Source: Nonlabens ponticola (GTDB lineage Bacteria; Bacteroidota; Bacteroidia; Flavobacteriales; Flavobacteriaceae). Taken from it: a stretch of 32,000 nucleotides of DNA. Position 1 is the first letter of the stretch; the number at the start of each line of letters is the position of its first letter. The translations under genes were made by a program, and so were the position numbers. The notes below the pieces were generated by a model. That model searched no databases. It was given only the letters and a program-made list of their open reading frames with translations, and had not been told where the DNA came from. Below, one piece after another: positions 25,306-32,000 of this stretch. The DNA lies in assembly GCF_003966335.1 (NCBI RefSeq), contig NZ_CP034549.1:120001-152000 (forward strand). The letters run 5' to 3'.

Positions 25306-27552
25306 ATGAAACCACAAGTTTTTAAGCAGGTGATCAAGATGGCTAACGGCCCAGACATCACCATTGAAACTGGAGCGCTTGCAAAACAAGCACATGGATC
25401 TGTTGTGATCACATGTGGCAAGGCCATGCTTCTAGGAACTGTAGTGTCCAGCTACAAATCTACTGGACTTGACTTCTTACCACTTACCGTAGATTACCGT
25501 GAGAAATTTGCCGCAGCCGGTAAATATCCAGGTGGATTCTTCAAGCGTGAGGCACGTCCTAACGATGGTGAAGTTCTTACCATGCGTCTTGTTGACCGTG
25601 TTTTAAGACCACTATTCCCTAAGGATTACCATGCAGAAGTGCAGGTAATGATACAATTGATGTCTCACGATGATGAGGTGATGCCAGATGCTATGGCTGG
25701 TCTTGCTGCAAGTGCAGCGATCCAATTGTCTGACCTACCTTTTGAATGCCCGATTTCTGAAGTGCGTGTTGCACGTGTAGATGGTGAGTTTGTCATCAAC
25801 CCTAGCTACTCACAACTGGAAGCTGCAGACCTTGAAATGATGATAGGTGCCAGCGCCGACAGTGTGATGATGGTAGAAGGTGAGATGGAAGAAGTATCTG
25901 AAGAAGATATGATCGCTGCTATCAAAGCGGCTCATGAAGCTATCAAAGATCAATGTGCTGCTCAAGTTGCCCTAGCAGAAGCTGTAGGCAAGAAAGAAGT
26001 ACGCGAGTATGAAGGCGAGAAAGAAGATGCAGATATTGAAGCTAAAGTTGCTGCACTTGCATACGACAAGGTATATGAGGTAGCCAAAAAAGGAAGCGGT
26101 AAGAAAGAGCGCAGCTTAGCTTTTAGCGAAGTGAAAGAAGAAGTGAAGTCCCAATTCTCTGAAGAAGATCAAGAAGAAAACGGTGACTTAATTTCTAAGT
26201 ACTTCAGCAAGACGCATAAAAAAGCGGTACGTGATGTATTGCTCAATGAAGGTATACGTCTAGATGGTCGCAAGACTACAGACATACGTGATATCTGGTG
26301 TGAGGTAGATTACCTACCATCAACGCACGGTAGTGCTATTTTCTCACGTGGTGAGACTCAAGCACTAGCAACGGTAACGCTAGGTACTTCTAGAGATGCT
26401 AATATCATTGATATGGCTTCACAAGAAGGTGAAGAGCGTTTTTACCTACACTACAATTTCCCACCATTCTCAACTGGTGAGGCGCGCCCATTACGCGGTA
26501 CGTCACGTCGTGAGATAGGACACGGTAACCTGGCACAACGTGCATTAAAAAAGATGCTTCCTGAAGATCTTCCATACACCGTACGTGTAGTGAGTGAAGT
26601 ATTGGAATCTAACGGTTCTTCTTCTATGGCAACTGTTTGTGCAGGAACCATGGCATTGATGGACGCAGGTCTACCTATGAAGAAACCAGTTTCTGGTATC
26701 GCCATGGGATTGATTACTGAAGGTGATAAATATGCCGTACTATCTGATATTCTAGGTGATGAAGATCACTTAGGAGATATGGACTTTAAAGTTACTGGTA
26801 CTGAAGATGGTATCACCGCTTGTCAAATGGACATCAAGGTAAAAGGACTTTCTTATGAAATCCTGACCAACGCACTGATGCAAGCCAAAGAAGGTCGCAT
26901 GCACATTCTAGGTAAATTGACTGACACGATCGCCACTCCAGCAGCAGATGTGAAGCCACATGCTCCTAAGATGGAATCTATGGAGATTGAAGGTAAGTAC
27001 ATTGGTGCCGTGATAGGACCTGGTGGTAAAGTCATTCAAGAAATGCAAAAAGAGACCGATACCGTTATCAACATCAAGGAAGAAGATGAGATGGGTATCA
27101 TTGAGATCGCAGGTACAGATCGTGCCAATATTGAGGCAGCTCTTGAGAAAATACGCAATATCATCTTTGAACCAGAAGTAGGCTCTGTCTATGAGGTAAA
27201 GGTGGTGAAGATGCTAGACTTTGGTGCCGTGGTAGAATTCAAGCCAGGTAAGGAAACTTTACTACACGTGAGTGAGTTTGATTACAAGCGCATTGAAGAT
27301 CCATCAACGGTTCTTAAGGTAGGTGATGTACTTGATGTTAAATACATGGGTGTAGATCCACGTACCAAGAAGCAGAAAGTTTCTCGTAAGGCAGTGCTAC
27401 CAAAACCAGAAGGTTGGGTAGAGCGTCCACCACGTGAGCGCAATGATCGTGGCCGTGGTCGTGATGACCGTCGTGGCGGTGGCCGCCGTGACGACCGTCG
27501 TAGAGATGATCGCCCGAGACGTGACAACGATGATAAGAAGTCAGAGGATTAA
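25306..27552 (+). CDS. pnp: Polyribonucleotide nucleotidyltransferase (PNPase)
   Basis: A 748-aa protein with two RNase PH domains ([46 protein letters not shown]) plus KH ([17 protein letters not shown]) and S1 ([20 protein letters not shown]) domains. It ends in an Arg/Asp-rich tail. Confidence 0.95.
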   Translation: MKPQVFKQVIKMANGPDITIETGALAKQAHGSVVITCGKAMLLGTVVSSYKSTGLDFLPLTVDYREKFAAAGKYPGGFFKREARPNDGEVLTMRLVDRVLRPLFPKDYHAEVQVMIQLMSHDDEVMPDAMAGLAASAAIQLSDLPFECPISEVRVARVDGEFVINPSYSQLEAADLEMMIGASADSVMMVEGEMEEVSEEDMIAAIKAAHEAIKDQCAAQVALAEAVGKKEVREYEGEKEDADIEAKVAALAYDKVYEVAKKGSGKKERSLAFSEVKEEVKSQFSEEDQEENGDLISKYFSKTHKKAVRDVLLNEGIRLDGRKTTDIRDIWCEVDYLPSTHGSAIFSRGETQALATVTLGTSRDANIIDMASQEGEERFYLHYNFPPFSTGEARPLRGTSRREIGHGNLAQRALKKMLPEDLPYTVRVVSEVLESNGSSSMATVCAGTMALMDAGLPMKKPVSGIAMGLITEGDKYAVLSDILGDEDHLGDMDFKVTGTEDGITACQMDIKVKGLSYEILTNALMQAKEGRMHILGKLTDTIATPAADVKPHAPKMESMEIEGKYIGAVIGPGGKVIQEMQKETDTVINIKEEDEMGIIEIAGTDRANIEAALEKIRNIIFEPEVGSVYEVKVVKMLDFGAVVEFKPGKETLLHVSEFDYKRIEDPSTVLKVGDVLDVKYMGVDPRTKKQKVSRKAVLPKPEGWVERPPRERNDRGRGRDDRRGGGRRDDRRRDDRPRRDNDDKKSED

Positions 27553-27561
27553 AAAACTGTC

Positions 27562-27582
27562 ACCCTGAACTGGTTTCAGGGT
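27562..27582. other. 8-bp stem hairpin ACCCTGAA-ctggt-TTCAGGGT immediately after the pnp stop
   Basis: A perfect inverted repeat at 27562..27569 and 27575..27582. It has no T-run and is distinct from the true terminator 20 nt downstream. Confidence 0.7.
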
Positions 27583-27600
27583 CTCAAAATTCCTAAACCA

Positions 27601-27637
27601 AAACCGCCACTAGAAATTCTAGCGGCGGTTTTTTTAT
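27601..27637. terminator. Bidirectional rho-independent terminator between pnp and the convergent 27652 gene
   Basis: aaaccgccactagaa (27601..27615) pairs with ttctagcggcggttt (27617..27631) with one mismatch, followed by ttttttt. It is A-rich on the other side. Confidence 0.8.
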
Positions 27638-27651
27638 GAATGAAATGATTG

Positions 27652-28170
27652 CTACTCAAATGACATTACTGCCGTATTGATAATTAGGCAATCGTCATCA
27701 GTATCAGGGTGCGCTACTCTACTGTTATAAGCATGAATCATTTCATTATACAGTGCCCAGATCTCTAACACCTTGCGATCTGAAGCGTTTAACTTGTTAA
27801 GGTTTTCGGTGTTGGGACGATAGATTGTTTTCCGTGCATGGCTATCAGTATCGTAAGATAAAAGCATTTCGTCAGCTTCTACATCAATCAAAAAGTTTTT
27901 AAACTCAAGCCATGGCGATTTATACTTGTATTTTCTACCATTCACGGTAATTCGTCTCCCATCATGTTTAAACTCAACTCCATCGACACTCAGGATATCG
28001 TTTGTCATGAAATGATTATCATGAGCAACATATAATGGATCAATTTGTAGGCCTACCTTGTAGTCGCCAGTATCATAAATCAAGGTGTCAGATATGATCT
28101 CAAACTTGTGTATCGCGTTCTGCGCCAATGAAAAAATTGGTAATAATAGAAGAAGTAAAAGTTTATTCAT
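27652..28170 (-). CDS. Exported hypothetical protein
   Basis: The start is placed at the ATG at 28170 (MNKLLLLLLLPIFSLAQNA, a signal peptide), giving 172 aa. I recognise no family. It lies 62 nt downstream of, and co-oriented with, the rhodopsin gene. Confidence 0.6.
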   Translation of the reverse strand: MNKLLLLLLLPIFSLAQNAIHKFEIISDTLIYDTGDYKVGLQIDPLYVAHDNHFMTNDILSVDGVEFKHDGRRITVNGRKYKYKSPWLEFKNFLIDVEADEMLLSYDTDSHARKTIYRPNTENLNKLNASDRKVLEIWALYNEMIHAYNSRVAHPDTDDDCLIINTAVMSFE

Positions 28171-28232
28171 GATGATTGGTTTCCTAAACCTCATCAAGTT
28201 GCATGCCAGCTAAAAATATGTTCAGCAACCTA

Positions 28233-29078
28233 CTACCCTACATTCATCGCAAACTCTTTGGAACTAGTATCCAGGCGATCTTCCAATAATCGAGATGCCA
28301 TCAAATAGGCAATGATACCTACACCAGCTTTATTTACTACATCAGCTATCGAGAAAGTGATGTGTATCCAACTGTTGTCCATTTCAGGAAAGAGCGCAAC
28401 AAGAATATACCCAATAGGGTAAACGCCCCATAAAGTCACGACTGTTAGCGACATGTATTTATAGGCACGACGTTCTAAAGTCTTGGCCTCATGGCGGTAT
28501 TTATTCCATATCTGATACATGCCTACCAGCACCATAGTATAACCTACGGTTGAAATCGCACCCCAAATCATACGTGATTGTACCATAATGGAACCGTCTG
28601 CATCCAACTGTTGCTGCCCAATAAACCCAGTGGCAATCATGAAAATATCTCCCAAAACTACCAGCGCAACAATCACAGCGATTCTTGAGTACTTGATGCG
28701 CAAGACACTGATCATTTTGATCAATAATAGCGGTGTGGTCACCATCCAGTCCATGTAACGCAACTGACCTATAGCGTTGTAGCCATTGCGCTTAAATTCA
28801 TTGCGGGTCGTCTCATCTGTGATAGTCTGTAATTCTTGGAGAAAATCTTTATAGTAATCGCTTATAATGAAGTAGCTAATGCCTGCCACCACACAGATAA
28901 TTGCTGTAAACACACGACTTGTATTATGTTCTGGCGCCACGTGCGTTCTGGTAAACCAGCTGAAAAAAAAGGATGCTACAAAACAAAAGAATGCGACCAT
29001 CATCACATAATAAGTGGCTACTTCTAGTAACCCTAGGCCATCGCCTACTGCTGGTATAAATGAGTTCGCTAAATCCAT
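28233..29078 (-). CDS. Microbial (type 1) rhodopsin with D-T-K helix-C motif
   Basis: A 281-aa protein with 7 predicted TM helices. Helix C is R107-YM-D110-WMV-T114-TPLLLI-K121. Helix F is TLW217GVY220P221. Helix G is SIAD246VVNK250AGVG, which carries the Schiff-base lysine. I verified the codons for D110 (28749..28751), K121 (28716..28718) and K250 (28329..28331) on the sequence. Confidence 0.9.
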   Translation of the reverse strand: MDLANSFIPAVGDGLGLLEVATYYVMMVAFFCFVASFFFSWFTRTHVAPEHNTSRVFTAIICVVAGISYFIISDYYKDFLQELQTITDETTRNEFKRNGYNAIGQLRYMDWMVTTPLLLIKMISVLRIKYSRIAVIVALVVLGDIFMIATGFIGQQQLDADGSIMVQSRMIWGAISTVGYTMVLVGMYQIWNKYRHEAKTLERRAYKYMSLTVVTLWGVYPIGYILVALFPEMDNSWIHITFSIADVVNKAGVGIIAYLMASRLLEDRLDTSSKEFAMNVG

Positions 29079-29189
29079 AATGAATTGAATGTTGAGCTAC
29101 AAAGTAGGAAATAGCACACGCAATCAAACGTGCGTTAAGAAAGTTTTGAAGTTATAGACTCCTTTGAGCGTATCAGTTTATAGAATTTA

Positions 29190-29205
29190 CGCTTTCGCGA
29201 AAGCG
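29190..29205. repeat. Palindromic repeat, copy 8 (16/16)
   Basis: Exact 16-mer in the divergent region between the rhodopsin gene (start 29078) and the T9SS cargo gene (start 29317). It has 111 nt on each side. Confidence 0.95.
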
Positions 29206-29316
29206 AGGTCTTAAAAAACATATCACCGGAAATACGAAATGTTCAAGCATCAAAATGGTAAGAAATTTAATGCTTATAAATATTATTTTTATTCAACCTA
29301 TTTGTAATCCTTCCAA

Positions 29317-31605
29317 TTGTTATTAAATCGTAGCATATTATTATTTGTATTTCTATCAATCCCAAGTTCTCTTTTTGCTCAAAAAGAAGGCAATACATGG
29401 GTTTTTGGTCAAAATGCGGGTGTCGAATTTGATGGTATCGCTGTGCGCTCCATCGAAGAGGCTCGTTTCAATTCTACCGAGGCCGCAGCATCTATATCTG
29501 ACAGATTTGGAAATTTTTTATTTGCGACCGACGGTACAAGGGTAATCAACTCTGAATTTCAGACCATGGAAAATGGAGACGATTTAGATGGATCTCAAAG
29601 CTCTGCTCAAATCGTCATCTTGCCTGATCCGACTAACGAGCTGAGATACTATATTTTCTATATAAGCAAACAAAATGATAGACTGAATCTCAATTATGCG
29701 TTGGTTTCGTTTGTTTCAAATCCCTTGGGTAACGTCATTCTTAAAAATTTAAATTTGAGAAGCAATGTTACTGAACGGCTCACTTGGCTTTACGGTGATT
29801 ACATAAATAGTTTCTATATAATTGCTAGTAGTTCAGATACTTTTTTTGTGTACTCGCTAGATACCGCAGGATTGAATGAGTCACCTCGCAGCTTTAAGAT
29901 GAATACCGATGACATCATCGAGATAAGCCAAATCAAATATAACGCAGCGCGGGATTTGATCGCTAACGCCAATCGAGATCAAATTGAGATTATGAATTGG
30001 GATCGTGATTCTGGTGCTGTTCAAGATAGTTTTGTTATAGACTTTGAAGACCGAGGTGATTTCAATTCCATTTACAGCATTGAATTTTCAAAATCTGGCA
30101 GATACCTTTATGCTAGCACCGTTTTTGACGGTATTTATCAAATTGATTTGCAAGATCTCAATTCCGAAGATGCCCAAAATTCAATTACCCAACTGTTACC
30201 TATAAATCCAGTGGTTAGGGATAATGGCGTGCAAGTTCTGGATTGGGCTTTACAAATAGGGCCCAATGATAAAATATATGTTTGCCACGGCGGTTATGAT
30301 GCATTAGGTGTTCTAGAAAATCCTGAAAATGAAGCAGGCTCAGTAAATTACAATTTTGCTTCAGTACCATTAGATGGTCTTACCGGAATCAGTTTACCGC
30401 AGTTGCCACCTTCTTTTAAATTTGGCGATATCATTACAAGAAACAATTGTAGCGGCGAGACTGTCAATATAGAATTGATTACAAACATTCTAGGTACAGT
30501 GACTTGGAATTTAGGTGATGGCACTATAATAAGTGGTAATCCCATTGATCATATATATAGCGACTCAGGCACGTATCAAATAACCGCTACTGTCTCTTCA
30601 CAATCTGGCAATATAACGTTCAGTCAAGAAATAGAAATGTTTCAAAGCCCGCCAGATTTGAACAATCTAGAAATCATTATTTGTAATGATGACGCGATTA
30701 GTCCCAATCAAATTTTAGATCAGATTGATGATTTCGATGATAGGGAACTTTATGAAATTGGACTTTATTCATCCGTAAACGATGCAATGGAGATGATCAA
30801 TGAAATTAGTGATCCTATTACTCTTAACGACAGTACGACTGAACTTTTTCTCAATATCTACAATCCAGATAATCTTGCTTGCTCTAATATCACTACGCTT
30901 GAGATCACAAAAGAAAACCTTGACATTGACAATTTTCAAGAATTAGAGATTTGTCCAAATGCTGCAACGACGATCTATGCACCAGAAGGATTTAATAATT
31001 ATCAATGGTCTGATGGAACGACAGGCCAGCAAATAGATATCACAAACGCTGAAAGTATTAGCGTCTCGTTCAATACCAGAGCTGACGATTCAGGTTGTGA
31101 ACTAGAAGTACATTACAATTTCATTAATAGATCATTGATTCAAGAAATAGAGGCCCGAGTTGTAGAATCTACTAGCAGTGGCAACACTATTGAAATTTTA
31201 TCGCCGTTGGGTGATGATTATGAATACGCTATCGACGGTATTTCCTTTCAATCAGAGCCATTATTCGAAAATTTACCAAACGGCATCTATACCATAACTG
31301 CACGCGACACCTTGTGTGACCAAGTGTACTCATCAGAAATTGTAATTTCTAGATTGCCAAAATTTTTTACTCCCAATGGCGATGGTTTCAATGACGTATG
31401 GAATCCATTCAGCGATACAGAACGAGATATTTTATTAGTCAGGATTTTTGATAGATACGGTAAGTTGCTTACTCAATTATCACCATCTCAGCCTTCATGG
31501 GACGGCACGATAGACGGACAGGATTTACCCAGCTCAGATTATTGGTATTCCATAATTGATGAAAGCGATAAAGTTATCAACGGACATTTTACTTTGAAAA
31601 GATGA
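29317..31605 (+). CDS. T9SS type-B C-terminal sorting domain (gliding-motility-associated CTD) cargo protein with PKD domain
   Basis: A 762-aa protein with a signal peptide (ILLFVFLSIPSSLFAQ). It has a PKD-like block WNLGDGTIISGNPIDHIYSDSGTYQITATV. The C-terminal block is PKFFTPNGDGFNDVWNPF...YGKLL...WDGT...SDYWYS, typical of the type-B CTD. The apparent start codon is TTG, so the exact start is uncertain. Confidence 0.8.
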   Translation: MLLNRSILLFVFLSIPSSLFAQKEGNTWVFGQNAGVEFDGIAVRSIEEARFNSTEAAASISDRFGNFLFATDGTRVINSEFQTMENGDDLDGSQSSAQIVILPDPTNELRYYIFYISKQNDRLNLNYALVSFVSNPLGNVILKNLNLRSNVTERLTWLYGDYINSFYIIASSSDTFFVYSLDTAGLNESPRSFKMNTDDIIEISQIKYNAARDLIANANRDQIEIMNWDRDSGAVQDSFVIDFEDRGDFNSIYSIEFSKSGRYLYASTVFDGIYQIDLQDLNSEDAQNSITQLLPINPVVRDNGVQVLDWALQIGPNDKIYVCHGGYDALGVLENPENEAGSVNYNFASVPLDGLTGISLPQLPPSFKFGDIITRNNCSGETVNIELITNILGTVTWNLGDGTIISGNPIDHIYSDSGTYQITATVSSQSGNITFSQEIEMFQSPPDLNNLEIIICNDDAISPNQILDQIDDFDDRELYEIGLYSSVNDAMEMINEISDPITLNDSTTELFLNIYNPDNLACSNITTLEITKENLDIDNFQELEICPNAATTIYAPEGFNNYQWSDGTTGQQIDITNAESISVSFNTRADDSGCELEVHYNFINRSLIQEIEARVVESTSSGNTIEILSPLGDDYEYAIDGISFQSEPLFENLPNGIYTITARDTLCDQVYSSEIVISRLPKFFTPNGDGFNDVWNPFSDTERDILLVRIFDRYGKLLTQLSPSQPSWDGTIDGQDLPSSDYWYSIIDESDKVINGHFTLKR

Positions 31606-31663
31606 ATTCCATGTTCAAAATGCTATCTCGGTCATCATAATTTTAAACGTTTTTTGAATGACT

Positions 31664-31679
31664 ACGCTTTCGCGAAAAC
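31664..31679. repeat. Palindromic repeat, copy 9, degenerate (CGCTTTCGCGAAAaCc, 14/16)
   Basis: The left arm is intact and the right arm has two changes. It is followed by TAATCAC, as in copy 1. It lies between convergent gene ends at 31605 and 31694. Confidence 0.8.
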
Positions 31680-31693
31680 CTAATCACCACCAT

Positions 31694-31978
31694 CTACAAA
31701 AAATGTAAATACAGCCAGTAGATCAAAAATCCTATAACCATAATAAGTGTCACTATCCTAACAAAGAGTAATCGTCGTTGACCAGATTTGATGACGAGCC
31801 TAATGCGCATCACGTCAATGAAAACTAGTATCAAGCCTAGAATTAGATAGATCCACTTTTGAGTTTGAAATTCCAGCGTGCCTTTGAAAAGAAAAAACAA
31901 TAAAATCAATAGCAGGATGACCATGGACGCGATGTTCCATTTATTGATTTTTGAGCTTGGATTAGGTTTTGACTCCAT
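31694..31978 (-). CDS. Small (94 aa) membrane protein, hypothetical
   Basis: It has three hydrophobic helices and I recognise no family. There is no competing ORF. Coding status is plausible but unverified. Confidence 0.45.
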   Translation of the reverse strand: MESKPNPSSKINKWNIASMVILLLILLFFLFKGTLEFQTQKWIYLILGLILVFIDVMRIRLVIKSGQRRLLFVRIVTLIMVIGFLIYWLYLHFL

Positions 31979-32000
31979 AAATGATGGTGATGTTTTGTGG

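Noticed and set aside
27282-27527. 81-aa Arg/Ser/Pro-rich ORF on the minus strand.
   Set aside because: It is a shadow ORF antisense to the low-complexity Arg/Asp tail of pnp. Its composition is an artefact of the repeat codons.
28233-29078. Assigning the rhodopsin to the Na+-pump (NDQ), Cl- pump (NTQ), standard proteorhodopsin (DTE), xenorhodopsin or heliorhodopsin classes.
   Set aside because: Helix C reads D110/T114/K121, which is not N-D-Q, N-T-Q or D-T-E. The helix-G Asp (D246) is present, whereas xenorhodopsins have Pro there. The overall blocks are type-1 and not heliorhodopsin-like.
1-32000. tRNA, rRNA or other classical RNA genes in the intergenic regions.
   Set aside because: By eye, no intergenic stretch showed cloverleaf-compatible arms or rRNA-like conserved blocks. 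A tRNAscan or Infernal run would be needed to be certain.

Overview
The window looks like a chromosomal segment of a marine Flavobacteriaceae-type Bacteroidota genome. The evidence is the gene content and several TAnnTTTG-type -7 promoter boxes. GC is roughly 40% by eye. It is densely coding and mostly housekeeping.

Genes in order:
- The Na+-NQR operon nqrFEDCBA on the minus strand; nqrF is only a 5' stub at the window edge.
- A DUF5103-like exported protein, a DUF3667 zinc-ribbon membrane protein, apaG and pruA.
- A Met-rich exported protein, then an AT-rich DUF2971 gene plus a 1-TM protein gene sitting directly downstream of rsmG.
- A class-I aminotransferase, trkH-trkA, ubiE/menG, porT, a TrmH-family methyltransferase and an Omp85 (BamA/TamA-family) protein.
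- fbaA, accD, a small lipoprotein and rpsO-pnp.
- An exported hypothetical protein, a microbial rhodopsin, a large T9SS type-B CTD cargo protein and a small membrane protein.

I found no rRNA or tRNA genes, no CRISPR array, and no transposase or integrase.

Two things stand out:
1. The rhodopsin has a D-T-K helix-C motif instead of the DTE, NDQ or NTQ motifs of described flavobacterial pumps.
2. A 16-bp perfect palindrome, CGCTTTCGCGAAAGCG, occurs about 9 times in 32 kb. Most copies are intergenic. Two sit inside conserved CDSs and are read in the same frame (RFRES).

All family calls come from motif recognition by eye; no database search was possible.
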